Source: an uncultured archaeon
GTDB taxonomy: Archaea > Asgardarchaeota > Thorarchaeia > Thorarchaeales > Thorarchaeaceae
DNA length: 32,000 nucleotides
Assembly (NCBI GenBank): GCA_964648855.1
Contig: CAZYLT010000008.1
Span: 1-32,000, forward strand
Direction: 5' to 3'
Positions 1 to 11,600 of this stretch are shown piece after piece; position 1 is the stretch's first letter; each line of letters opens with the position of its first letter. A model generated the notes under the pieces. That model was not told the origin of the DNA, searched no databases, and worked only from the letters and a program-made list of their open reading frames with translations. The translations under genes were made by a program, and so were the position numbers.

Positions 1-2
1 GC

Positions 3-2393
3 AGCACAACATATGGTGTTCATTTGTTTTACACCCTCAACATGACATTCATCGACATGTTATTCCGTGACTTCGGCACGGGCATCCAATTTGGCAATGC
101 AGAAAACACTACTGTGAACAATACAATATTCACCATGGGCACCACGGCCCTAGACTTCAAAGGTGGTACTTATACGATCCACGATTCTCTAATAGCAAAC
201 GCAACGACTGGAGTTGATTTCTCAACAGGTACCATCAAGATGCGGAATTGTGTCATAGATGACGCTGAGGTTGGAATCACCTACCATTACTCGGGTGACT
301 CAGTCTATGATATCGACACCAGTAACATGATTGATGGCAAACCAGTATACGTAATATTCAACGAAACTGGAACCTCCTATGCGGGACTGGACACATATCA
401 TTTGGCTCTATTCCAATGTGACTCCGTGACAATCTCTTCATCTGCCATCAGCTTCGACGGAGTATGGATTGATCAGAGTTCTCAGGGCACAGTGTTCGCA
501 AATTCGAGTCTCGATACTCGTTTGGCCATTGGTGGTTATGACCATTGGATAGTTGGAAATGAATTCGATAACATAACGGTTGATTTCGAAGACTACACAG
601 ATAACCTTACAATCTCTCTAAATTCATTTCTCGTCGACTACGCCTTCCTTGATGACCACTACATAATCGACATCAATCTCAATGGCTCCGAGTACGGTAA
701 CTACTGGGAGAATTATACGGGAACTGATGATGATTACGATGGTATCGGAGATGATCCATACAACGTTGTAGGTATCAGTGGAGAATATGACTACTTGCCA
801 CTGATGTCAAGTCCTGTTGATTATACCGCCTATGTAGAAATCAACGCACCTGAAGATGAGAGCTTCCTCTATGGAGAGGTGGCAGTTTCAGTCTACGCTG
901 ATGTGGTAGCAGGATTCTATTATGAGGACAGCATTTCGGTCAGCACAACAATAACGGTCAATGGTACGCTGATTGGGAGCGGCGGAGAGGGAACTATCGA
1001 ATTTAGCTGGAATACATCTGAGTACTCAGACGGCTTGTATCTATTGAGAGCAACACTCACGGTTAACTCGGTTGATAACTATATTGATGAGATTTGGATA
1101 ACGGTTAGCAACACGAGGCCCGTTCTTGAGCCATCGGTCGATGACGGATGGGTTACGTCTGATCCTTCGCCAGCACTTAGTGTCGAGGCGACCTCTTCAC
1201 TATCAAATATAGCCTGGATTGCGGTCTACTTGGATGGTAATCTCGTCGACAATGAAACCAAATCCGGGCAAACTGCGACCCTTAACTTCGTCCTCAGTTT
1301 ACTTACCGAAAAGAGCTATATTCTATGCACGCGGGCTATGGATGAAACGGGAAATCTCGGGGAGCGGAATATCACTATCTACCACGATGATTCGGTTCCA
1401 TCACTCTCAGCTCCTGATGATATCGAATATGAACTGGGAACAACAGGGCATTCCATCACTTGGACTGCCAGCGATTTGACACCGAGCCATTACAATATCT
1501 CACTCAACGGTGAACCTTGGTTGGATGCTGTTTGGGATGGTTCTGATATCGAAGTCATTATCGATGGTCTTGATGCTGGAACTCATACAATCTATATCGA
1601 GGTACACGATCGAGTTGGTTATACAGCAACGGACACGGTAGAGGTGAGCGTCATTGTGGTCGGTGCACCCACGATTGACAGTCCTCCGGATATGGAATTT
1701 GCTCAAGGCACGTCGGGAAATACTATCAATTGGAGCCCATCTGATCCGGGACCTGACTCTTATATCATATTCAGAAATGGTTCGGAGATTGAATCTGGAA
1801 ATTGGGATGGGTCGGATATTCAGTGGGAGCCATCTTGGCTTGAACTCGGAGTCTACAACTTCACACTCTGGGTGAATAACACTGACGGACTATCTGCACA
1901 CGATACTGTCTTTGTAACCGTGTTTGATGGCACAACGCCCACGATTGACAGCCCGAGCGATATTGAGTTCAACGAGGGTGAAACGGGTAACAGGATAGTC
2001 TGGCATCCGTTCGATGACCACCCAACTGATTTTGAAATATACAGGAATGGAACCGTCGTTCTATCTGGCTCTTGGAATTCCTCAGTTCCCGTTGAGATAT
2101 CCCTCGATGGTCTTGACGCAGGTGTCTGGAACTACACCGTGCAAGTATTTGATGTAGGTGGCAATTCTGCAGTTGACACTGTCTTGGTCACTGTGAAGCC
2201 AGAAAGCACGACAACTACCACCACAACAACCACTACAACAACAGATACGACCACCACTGATACAACAACGGATACAACCTCTCCGCCTGTAGATGGCGCG
2301 ATTATGGGATTAGTTCTGATTGCTGGAGGATCTGGTGCGGCAGTGCTAATCATAATAGTGGTCTATCAGCTAAGAAAGAAATCTAGTGGTTAG
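3..2393 (+). CDS. 5'-truncated cell-surface protein: parallel beta-helix/NosD-like module, Ig-like (Big/PKD-type) repeats, Thr-rich linker, C-terminal TM anchor
   Basis: Frame is open from position 3 (STTYGVHLFY...), so the true start lies upstream of the window. NosD-type cap GNYWENYTGTDDDYDGIGDDPY; three repeats of P-x-D-x-E-[YF]-x-x-G-x-x-G-x-x-I-x-W...WDGS; poly-Thr linker, hydrophobic helix and RKKSSG tail. Paralogous to the C-terminal third of 5694-13154. Confidence 0.85.
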   Translation, partial: STTYGVHLFYTLNMTFIDMLFRDFGTGIQFGNAENTTVNNTIFTMGTTALDFKGGTYTIHDSLIANATTGVDFSTGTIKMRNCVIDDAEVGITYHYSGDSVYDIDTSNMIDGKPVYVIFNETGTSYAGLDTYHLALFQCDSVTISSSAISFDGVWIDQSSQGTVFANSSLDTRLAIGGYDHWIVGNEFDNITVDFEDYTDNLTISLNSFLVDYAFLDDHYIIDINLNGSEYGNYWENYTGTDDDYDGIGDDPYNVVGISGEYDYLPLMSSPVDYTAYVEINAPEDESFLYGEVAVSVYADVVAGFYYEDSISVSTTITVNGTLIGSGGEGTIEFSWNTSEYSDGLYLLRATLTVNSVDNYIDEIWITVSNTRPVLEPSVDDGWVTSDPSPALSVEATSSLSNIAWIAVYLDGNLVDNETKSGQTATLNFVLSLLTEKSYILCTRAMDETGNLGERNITIYHDDSVPSLSAPDDIEYELGTTGHSITWTASDLTPSHYNISLNGEPWLDAVWDGSDIEVIIDGLDAGTHTIYIEVHDRVGYTATDTVEVSVIVVGAPTIDSPPDMEFAQGTSGNTINWSPSDPGPDSYIIFRNGSEIESGNWDGSDIQWEPSWLELGVYNFTLWVNNTDGLSAHDTVFVTVFDGTTPTIDSPSDIEFNEGETGNRIVWHPFDDHPTDFEIYRNGTVVLSGSWNSSVPVEISLDGLDAGVWNYTVQVFDVGGNSAVDTVLVTVKPESTTTTTTTTTTTTDTTTTDTTTDTTSPPVDGAIMGLVLIAGGSGAAVLIIIVVYQLRKKSSG
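2208..2280 (+). repeat. Low-complexity Thr-codon (ACN) repeat encoding a stalk/linker
   Basis: Translates TTTTTTTTTTTDTTTTDTTTDTT immediately before the TM anchor. Confidence 0.9.
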
Positions 2394-2398
2394 TTCAC

Positions 2399-2440
2399 AA
2401 AAAAGGGAGAATGCAGCCTGGGTGACTTCGTGCCCAGGCT
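2399..2440 (-). terminator. Hairpin plus T-tract between convergent genes
   Basis: AGCCTGGGT (2415-2423) pairs with GCCCAGGCT (2432-2440). A6 at 2399-2404 reads as T6 on the minus strand, downstream of the 2454-3041 gene. Confidence 0.5.
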
Positions 2441-2453
2441 AGACATTTTCAGA

Positions 2454-3041
2454 TTATGTCCAATTGTACCTGAGTGTTAAGGTGATATCGACATCCCACA
2501 CGTCTGTCTTGGATGAAGCTTCAAACCAGATGACCCAAGTATAAGTGTCTGCATAGTTATGAAGATCGATGAAATCTAAGACCTCTCCGGTATGAGTGGT
2601 CTTGCCCATTTGATGGTTATTGTCCAATTCGGACCATGATAAAGAGTCAAAGGTACTCTGGTCGACATCATAAATTGCAATCACGATATCCACAGTTACA
2701 TCATCACTACCTGTATCTACATCAATTTCAAAATGAAGGTCGGGCTGTGTAGAAGTCTGGGTTTCAGAAGAACTAACGCTGAAATCATCTCTGTAGAAGG
2801 TTGGATAAAGTTCAATGTCGTCATTATTATAATCTTGAATCTCTCGCGTACTGTAGTCGCCTGATTGGGTGTCCCCACCCGGCTGTAGGACGAGGAACCC
2901 GGCAACTCCGATAATGGCTATTATTATCACAACAACGATGATTTTTTTCCATGGAATGTCCTTCTTTGAAGGTGTCTCTGATTGTTGATACCCATCATCT
3001 CCGGGCATTGGTATTTCGGTCAATAGTGTCAAATCTCCCAT
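2454..3041 (-). CDS. Single-pass membrane protein with an acidic, beta-strand-rich extracytoplasmic domain, function unknown
   Basis: 195 aa. KK followed by the TM helix IIVVVIIIAIIGVAGFLVL, then ~130 aa of alternating-hydrophobic strands. Confidence 0.75.
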   Translation of the reverse strand: MGDLTLLTEIPMPGDDGYQQSETPSKKDIPWKKIIVVVIIIAIIGVAGFLVLQPGGDTQSGDYSTREIQDYNNDDIELYPTFYRDDFSVSSSETQTSTQPDLHFEIDVDTGSDDVTVDIVIAIYDVDQSTFDSLSWSELDNNHQMGKTTHTGEVLDFIDLHNYADTYTWVIWFEASSKTDVWDVDITLTLRYNWT

Positions 3042-3147
3042 CTAAATAGCAGGTAGTTCTTAAAATATTTCCTTCTTATTACAATTCCGAGTGGATACTA
3101 TCTGGGTACGATTCTTACGTGACTGCTCAGTACAAACTCAAGCTGAT

Positions 3148-3300
3148 TCAGAATTGAGCTAGAGCCCCTCGCTTTCTGACATTCTTCTCTGTCGTTCTGA
3201 AAATCAACATACCAAACGCTAGGAAGATAATATCTAGTATCACGAGTGCAAGTACGGCTTGAAGGAAGCCACGATAGGTCATTCCATGCATCAGAATCAT
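3148..3300 (-). pseudogene. C-terminal remnant of an ABC-2-type permease (50 aa, below the ORF-track cutoff)
   Basis: My translation: MILMHGMTYRGFLQAVLALVILDIIFLAFGMLIFRTTEKNVRKRGALAQF*. A final TM helix followed by E-K-x-x-R-K-R-G-x-L-x-Q-F resembles ABC-2 permease C-termini. An in-frame TAG lies just upstream. Confidence 0.5.
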
Positions 3301-3408
3301 CTTCTATGTTCCATATCTTCTGTTTTCCAAGCTTATTTTCGCATCAGCCATCTATCTTTTATAGGAACAACCACGTCAACTTCATGGATAGAGGAGCGTA
3401 TTCAAGAG

Positions 3409-3774
3409 ATGATAGGCAGAAAAAGAATTATTGTGTCTTTAATTATGGGCGCTATCCTTGGTGTTCTTTGCATAATTGGGGTTGGTGGACGAATTGAAGG
3501 TGGCTATTTACCAAACATTGTATTCTTGATTGGGATGTGGTACAACAGAGTAATCATGGGGCTTCTGATTGGGTTCGCTGGGGAATTGCATCTAGCTGGA
3601 GATGAAGATGCATCTCCTTGGATCAATCCGCTCATTCGAGGATTGTTGTTTGGCATTTTGGTTTCACTTGCCATATTTCTTTCAACTGAATTCAGAGATA
3701 TACCCTCACTCTTTGCCGGATTCGCATATGGTCCAATTATAGACATAATCACAACAAGATATTCTTGGTCCTAA
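3409..3774 (+). CDS. Small multi-pass membrane protein of unknown function (copy 1)
   Basis: Start moved to ATG 3409 (MIGRKR...) by alignment with paralog 13256-13639; GAGGAG lies upstream. Shared motifs GMWYNRVIMGL and STEFRDIPSLFAGFAYGPIID. Confidence 0.8.
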   Translation: MIGRKRIIVSLIMGAILGVLCIIGVGGRIEGGYLPNIVFLIGMWYNRVIMGLLIGFAGELHLAGDEDASPWINPLIRGLLFGILVSLAIFLSTEFRDIPSLFAGFAYGPIIDIITTRYSWS

Positions 3775-3842
3775 CAATTTGGGATTCTGTAGCGCCGTAT
3801 CCGTTAAAGTATTAGGCTAGAGTGTGACGTTCCTTTTTTGCT

Positions 3843-4748
3843 ATGCAGCTCACACCCGATTTCATTTTTGGCTCGTTTGCCGGACTGCTAAGTGCGGCAC
3901 TTTATTCTTTTTCTGTGGTAGTATATAGGTCCAGAGATACAGATATTCGGCCAATAGCAATAAGTTCGTACAAGATGTGGGTGTCACTCATCTTCATGGC
4001 AGTTATTGTCATCTTGCCTTTTGGTGCATCTCTCGCTACGCTTTCAATGGCTTCCATTCTTTTGCTTTCAGTTTCAGTACTGGTTGGTGCCGTGATTGGG
4101 GACACTGTATATCTGATGAGTCAAGAGATTATTGGCGTTTCTTATGCATTTCCATTAGCGATGTCCTATCCCATCTTAACAAACTTATTCACTTCGATAT
4201 TCCTACATGAGGAATTATTGCTTGGCAGATTCGCTGGAGCGACTGTAACGGTAATAGGGACTATTATGCTCTCTCGGGAGCAAGGAGTTCATTCAGAAAA
4301 TTCAAGCCAAAGAAAATGTCCGAATCTTGTCGGACTGACACTAGCGTTTGCTACTTCCGTATTATATGCGGGAAGCACCACCATCCTACAAGTGGGAGTG
4401 GCCGATGTGGATCCGATAAGTGGAAATTTCATCCGTGTCCTTGCAGGATCAGTAGCTTTTGTTCCTATATTCGCCTTGGCAAAGCGTGGAGGAATGCAGA
4501 TACCATCCAAAAACGTAGCTAAGATAATTGCAGTTGCTGGTGTATTTGGAATGGCCATAAGCTCACTATTCTATGTAACTTCTGTGAAGCTGGTGGGTGC
4601 CGCTGTAACGTCGGTATTGGCTTCAACAGCTCCCCTCTTCGCCGTTCCTGCTTCTGTTGTATGCTTGAAGGAGAATCTTTCCTTAGTCGGAGTTGTCGGC
4701 ATACTGGCAACAGTAATCGGAGTAGTTCTAGTTGTACTCAGTGGATGA
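3843..4748 (+). CDS. DMT/EamA family transporter (copy 1)
   Basis: 301 aa, ~10 TM helices in two EamA repeats; GAVIGDTVY...IGVSYAFPL and PLFAVP...LKE motifs. Confidence 0.9.
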   Translation: MQLTPDFIFGSFAGLLSAALYSFSVVVYRSRDTDIRPIAISSYKMWVSLIFMAVIVILPFGASLATLSMASILLLSVSVLVGAVIGDTVYLMSQEIIGVSYAFPLAMSYPILTNLFTSIFLHEELLLGRFAGATVTVIGTIMLSREQGVHSENSSQRKCPNLVGLTLAFATSVLYAGSTTILQVGVADVDPISGNFIRVLAGSVAFVPIFALAKRGGMQIPSKNVAKIIAVAGVFGMAISSLFYVTSVKLVGAAVTSVLASTAPLFAVPASVVCLKENLSLVGVVGILATVIGVVLVVLSG

Positions 4749-4749
4749 G

Positions 4750-5243
4750 TCTCACAGACATTGCCCAATGAAGTAATGATGAGTTTGACCGAGGGCTGCC
4801 ATCATTATCGACAATTCTTGCGCTCTTCCATGATATATACCTCTTATCCCCCTCTGGTGTCAGTATTGGGTTGGTATGAGTTTTGCAATCAATGGCATGC
4901 CTTGACAAATCTGCTGCATCAAGTGTCTAATCTCATTCCTGTCTCCTTCCAGAACAAACTTGTCAATCCAATTCATTCCCACTAAGTCATCAATTTTGTA
5001 GCCCACAGTTCTGGCGGCTGAATTATTTGTACTGAGCACTTCACCTTCTGGGTTCAAAACAAGAAACATAATCTCGGCAAAACTCAGGTATTTTTCAGCC
5101 AGCTTCAGCTCGTCCCAGAGCATTTCTGGTGTGGGTGACCGATGCAATTGGTTTGCATCATCATTCAAATATAGAATCTCCTTAATACGGTTGAATTTTG
5201 TATACCATGTATTTTGCTCGTCTGTATTCATTTTCAGAATCAT
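4750..5243 (-). pseudogene. Frameshifted PAS-PAC domain gene
   Basis: The PAS core (VLNPEGEVLSTNNSAARTVGYKIDDLVGMNWIDKF) is in the ORF-track frame, which stops at 4860. The PAC motif HTNPILTPEGDKRYISWKSARIVDNDGS continues in a shifted frame from ~4895, and VKLIITSLGNV follows a second shift. Confidence 0.7.
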
Positions 5244-5693
5244 TGCAAACTTGTACAAATAGTCGAGTCTATTGGTGTTTCGATAAGATTTTGCATGAAA
5301 GGACTCTCGTATGGCATTACTATCTTGTCCATTGTCACAAATAACGAATGGTATCATGAGGGGGCTGACACTGGCAAGGAACCAGTGGTACAAATAAGTT
5401 TCAAGCATGTTGGATCCTTTCAATTCGTAAAACACAGGTTATCTAGACATTTCCATGATAACTATCATGAGCTTGCCAATAATTCGACTGAATCTATTGA
5501 TTTCTTGGAAGCTAAATCATCCCCCCACAGGAAAATAGAGACGTGCGGATAAATGAGGTTCAGGCCAGACCCATCGACAAATGGATAATAACCACATGAG
5601 AAAACTATATTATCAATCAAAAATATATACAAATATTGGTAACACTTATTAGTCTAACCGTTTGGAGCAAAAGCATCCCCCGAGGGTTGCCCT

Positions 5694-8600
5694 ATGAGTC
5701 CACATACGTCATCTACTAAATTCTTTGTATTTCTTGCTGTACTCTTTTTTATTGCTGTTGTAGCTCCAACAACAAGTCCTGCCGCCACGAATACCAATCC
5801 GAATGACCCTTTGATAATACCTAACGCTCCAACGGGTAACTCAATCGTTAGTCAAACCGGTGACACCTACGATGGAACTGGAGACTGGGTCATCACACAG
5901 CCGACCGAGTATACCAGCGAAACTGTGGTGGTCAATGGTGATATACTCATTCAAGATGGTGGAGCTCTCATTCTGGACTCCGCCGCCATCAGATTCAATG
6001 TAAGCAATGCTCTCCTCAATGTATCGGAGGAGGGATACTTAGAGGGTCATAATTCATATCTTTGGACAGTGGGATCACAGTATGACATCCTTGGTGAATA
6101 CAATATCTCGCTGTATGGGAATGTTTCATGGACCGGTGGTTTCATCCGTCACTTCGATGAGGTTTCGATGAAAGATGGAAACTTGAATGCAACGTTCACA
6201 GATACCGAGTTCTCGTACGGCACTAATAGAATCGCGATACAGGGCCATAAAGTGAGTTTCACAGGATGCGACTTCTACGAGATTGATTGTGATTATGGTT
6301 ATCTGTTACATACAGTCGGAGGTGGATTGACCGGTGGGTTGCTCATCGAGAACTGTCGATTCGGGATTCCCGACTACTATCCGGCACCACAAACTTCGCG
6401 AGGGATGATTAGGGCTGGGAATATGGACGGAGGCCTTGAGATCCTCTCGAACCTCTTCTACGAGGTGAATGCTCATGGCACAACTCGAGGGACTGTGGTA
6501 AGAATAGACCCCTCCGAGAATGCCATTCTGGCTGACAATAGATTCATACGATGCGGTGGCTTCCTTCGCGAAGTTGTGTACATCGGCGATGATGGATGCC
6601 TAGTGTCCGGGAATCGCTTCTTTGGCAATTTCCGTGACGATCCGTCTTATGATCAAGTCCTCTACATGGGGGTTGATGACATCATTGTTGAAAAGAACTT
6701 CTTCTGGAACAACCAGTTCGGCTCAGACATCAGAATATGGGCTGGTCAGAACGTCTCACTGAGGTGGAATACGTTTGTCGATGGAGGGGGAACTGCAATC
6801 CAGCTCGGTGCAGAGGTCACCGGAACTCCCGCCTCTGATTGTCAGGTCTATGGGAATGCATTAGCCTCGAACAATCTAGGAGTGTCGATACATGAGGACT
6901 CGGCAAATCATTCAGTCTATCTCAATTTCTTCATGGACAATACTCTGCATGCGGTGGATAACAATGAAACGAGTAGTTGGACCAACGGAACCCATGGGAA
7001 TTTCTGGGACAACTATACAGGCGGCCCTCCTAACGACAATTGGATAGGCGACGCTTTCAGTCCGCATCCGACCATTCCCGAAGAACCCGCCAGCCTCATG
7101 ATCGGGACTCTACCACCTTCTTCTGGTGACTGGGAGATAGACATCCCTCACGTGTTCGCGATGAAGGACTTGGCCATTGATGGTGATGTCAATGTGACAG
7201 GGCCCACTGGGGCTCTCGTACTCTTTGCTAATAAGCTAGAGTGTGGAGATGCCAATTCATTCACTTTTGGGGAGAGCACTATCTTCTGGCTTCATGAGGC
7301 CGAGCTTACAACCCTGGATCCGTCACATGAGATAGCAGGCTTCCAATTCACGGATGTCTTTCGTTTCGGCGGTTATAGATCTTCGATAAGCAATGTTCGC
7401 AGATACTATGCAGATGATAGCTTCACAGTTTCGGCTGTTATTGTTGAAATCGATATGAGCAACTTTACGAATCTGCCACATCTCGAAATCGATATGGCCT
7501 CTGACTACAGGTTGAACTACGGTCAGCCAATGGAAAGGTGTACTATTCAAGACACTATCTTCATGGGACTCGGCAACCCGCATCATTCTGGTGGAGGCCT
7601 CAGCGTCGATTGGCCCAATCTCCACTTCAGGAACAACACAGTTCACATGAGTGCTTCCGGCAAAGAGGTCCGTCTGTCCTCAGCGTATCAGGCTGGCTTC
7701 GGATATCCTTGGGGGCCTAATGTGACGGCAGAAGGTTGCACTATTGTCAATGCTTCGCTGAATGTCACGGTAATTGGTTACGAATCAGTTGCAAACATCA
7801 CCAACTGCGAGGTGGATGAGGGAATCATGGCGTATTCAAGATACAACGGCATAGATTTAACCTATCTTCACATAGTGGGCAATACCATCAACTCAGGGGG
7901 ATTGGATGCCAGTGATACAGAGCCATACGGGGATCCACACTACGCAATCCTCACCCTTGAAGACAACAGGATTATGGGTAGGACCGACCTAGAACGCATT
8001 TCGAGTGGCAATATAATCAACAGCACCTTCTATGATGCCCATAACGCTCTGGTTATTGAAGACTCTGAACAGTTGACAATACACAATAATACCCTCGACG
8101 GGGATTTGTTTCTCACTGATTGTGACCAATTCCAGATTACAGATAGTCGGTTGGCCATTGTTGAATTTACCCGCTCTGAATCCATATCTTTTGAGAACTG
8201 CGTCTTCAATTCTACAGGAAGCATGTATTTCTGGAGGCCTGCGGGGATTCCCAATAGGCAGATTACATTTGACAACTGTACGTTTGATGGCCTTTCTTGG
8301 AGTATGAATGATAACGATGCTTGTGAATTCCTCACATTCTTCGATTGCACTTTCTACAAGACTGGCTTTGCTCTTGGCACTAACAATCTTGTCAACAACG
8401 TCACTATCGACTCGTCCAAGTTCTTCTTGGATAGCGGGAATGCGATTGACTTTAGAGGTCACAATGCCACCGTGACCAACAACATAATTGTGGGGTCGGG
8501 CGACACTGCAATTCGGCTCAATGATCAAACTAGAGGGAACAATACAGTTGTCACTGGAAATCGGATTGAGAGTTTCGAGGGAAATGGTATACGTGTCCGC

Positions 8601-11600
8601 AATAGCTATTCCTCTATCATAGAGGGAAACGTGATATACGATTGCTTTGGCTATGGGATATTCGTCACCGTTGGCAACCACTCGGTCATAAGCAACAATT
8701 ATGTAGAATCAGTAGGAGGTGCTGGGATCTGGGTTGAGGGGTTTGATCCGGCAAATTGGTTCGTGAGTGTCACGAACAATGTAGCCAGAGATTGTAGCAG
8801 CTACGGAATGTACCTTCGTTACATGAGGAATACCTTGGTCTTTAACAATACCATCGTGGAGAATCAGAATTACGGTCTTCGGGTGAGATTCTGTGGTGAC
8901 TCGCAGTTCTGGATGAATGTCCTGTACCATAATGAGGATGGGAACATAGACCTCCAAGGTAGCAATCACTTCTTTGACAACGGAACTATCGGCAACTTCT
9001 GGGGCCCCTCCGGTCCTGAGGGTTCTGAGTATTGCGACAGTTACTATGACGGCGGTCCTAATCCCTGGATTGGGGATGTTCCCTATGAGCCGAGCCCAGG
9101 CGATAACCAATACGACAATCATCCAATGCTTCTCAGTAATCCTCACTACTTGACATACCCAAATGTTGTCACCGGCCCACTATATATGGATGAACTTCTC
9201 TATGTTCTCAACACGACTGTGTATTGCGAAAATGGTATCATCGTAGCACCAACTGGGAGCCTATATTTCATCGGAACCCGGGTGACATTCCAAGATGATG
9301 GATCTTACACTCAGCATATCGAGATACATACTGGTGGCTCGTTAACTCTCATGGGCGGAGCCCGATTCATGGCAAATCAGACAACGAACACCTATGGCTT
9401 TGTGCTGCGAAGCGGATCCTCACTTATCATCGATGATGCTCACATTTCCAGATGTGGCTATGGGACGGGCAACCCCGGCTTGCTAGTCAATGTAACCGGC
9501 GTTTCTGTCAACGAGCTCACGGTTTTGGATGCGCCCACCGGCATGGTGCTCTCTCAAGACAGCATGGATATCGGTAACATCACCTTCGTAGATTGTGGTG
9601 TAGGTCTACTTGTGAGCGATTGTTCATCTTGTACCATCAGTTCCTTGGAGTTTAGTAACGTTGGCACGGGTGTGAGGTTCGAATCGGTCACGGACAGCTA
9701 TGTTATGAGTGTCAATTTCACCGGCTGCAATGAATTCGGCCTCTATCTTCACTCTCAAAATTCTGATAACACCATTGTGGATAATGTGTTCGCGTTTATC
9801 GGTGGAACCGCCCTCAACATATCAACCGGCGGTAACTATGTCTATTTGAATGCGTTCATCGAAAACGGACATCATATCGAACACAATGAAGCGTTTACGA
9901 ATGCATACAACAACGGAACACATGGAAACTTCTACCTTGATTACGACGGTGTAGATGATGATGGCAATTTCATTGGGGACACACCTTACTCCTCTTCAAT
10001 CTCCGATGTTGTTGATTCGTACCCGGTGATGGTCTACGGCAGTTTTCCGACCGCTGATGGTTGGATAGTTGACAGACCCACAGCTGTGCTGAATACGAAT
10101 TACACCATTTCCGGTGATGTGGATGTCCACGAGATGCTGGTGCTATTGAACACTCGATTATGGATGAATAGCACAGATTCTATCTCTCATACAATCACTG
10201 TTCATCTAACTGGGGACTTGAGATTGGTAGGTGCCATATTGAGAGCAGTCAATTCAAGTCATAAGTTCACCATGATTGCACAGGCGAAATCATTCATCTA
10301 CTTGTCCGATGTCAATCTTGTTGGTCTTGAAACATTCGACTTGCATACTGCAAACATCGCCATTGAAAATACAACTTTCACTGACATCAATCGTGGCCTT
10401 CGTCTGCTAGGCGCCAGTATCTCAGACCTCGTCTTTGAGAACTGTACTGTGGATAGCGCCCTGAACACTGGCTTCTATGTTGGCTCCGGTATCAACAACA
10501 TCACAATACGAGATTGGGTCTTCTATTCGGCTGAAACTGCAATACACGTCGACCAAGGAGTAGACATCTTTATTGAAGACATTCATGTGGACAACTGCAC
10601 AACAGGAGTGTCCTATCATGGAAACAGCGGTATTCTGAGTGTGACGAATTCTGATTTCTACAGAACCCAGAATGTCATAGATGCAGACACAGCAGACCTG
10701 CTGTTTGTGGATGGCATACACGGGTATTTGATAGAAGCATACGGCATCAGGGTATCTTCGGTCGGCAATGCCACGATTCTAAATTCACATATAGAGATGA
10801 CAGGCGGTGGAAGGTCCTACCATATTGATCAATATGTTGATTGGTATCTGATATCCAATTCGTATGGTTTCAATGCAACCGCCGGAGTTACGATATCCCC
10901 GCACTTTAATGATCATGGAACTCATGGTTCCGTGACAGGCGGTGATTTCAGAAACTGCACCATGGGCATAGAATTCGTTGGTTCAAATCAGATCGTCTAT
11001 CTGAACGTGACTGACACGTTCCTCTATGGCTGTGATGTCGGATTCAAGGGCCACGCGTTAGGTGTCATAAGAGTGGCCGAAAACGAGTTCTTGTACTGTG
11101 GAACAGCCATTGACGCCATGAACCTGAATGGGTCATTCTTTGAGAACAACGAAATCCAGAACTCGGAATATGGTTTCTTTACGGAGAACGATGATTTCCA
11201 TGATTGCCTCATTGCAGGAAACTCCTACCTCGATGTAGACTATCCAGTATACGTTAAAGGACCTCAATCCAACTTCACCATTACGGATGAGACCATTGTC
11301 AACTGTGTCATCGGTATTTATCTCGATGGAAGATATGCTTGGATGGAGAATGTTTTCATTGAAAACATACATGTTACGGGCTCGACTGATAGTGCAGTTC
11401 AACTATACTGGAGTAGGAACATAACGCTGTTTGGGTCAACAATAGAGAATTTCGAAGATGGCGTGGTAATAGATCATTCGGAGATGATATTCCTCAACCA
11501 GACCGCGGTTACAGATGGTGTCATCGGGGTTCGCATCGAAGATTGGTCCTCGCTGACCATGAGACACTGCATCATATCAGGTGCCTCGACGCAGGCCATT

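Noticed and set aside
3259-3408. N-terminal 50-aa extension of the small membrane protein in the ORF track
   Set aside because: Absent from the paralog, and an RBS-like GAGGAG precedes ATG 3409.
3660-3750. Near-identical DNA to ~13510-13600 as a possible DGR TR/VR pair or mobile repeat
   Set aside because: Differences are at synonymous positions and involve all bases, consistent with ordinary paralogy.
5214-5552. 112-aa + strand ORF
   Set aside because: Lies in AT-rich DNA upstream of both the PAS remnant and the giant gene, overlaps the PAS frame, and has no recognisable features.
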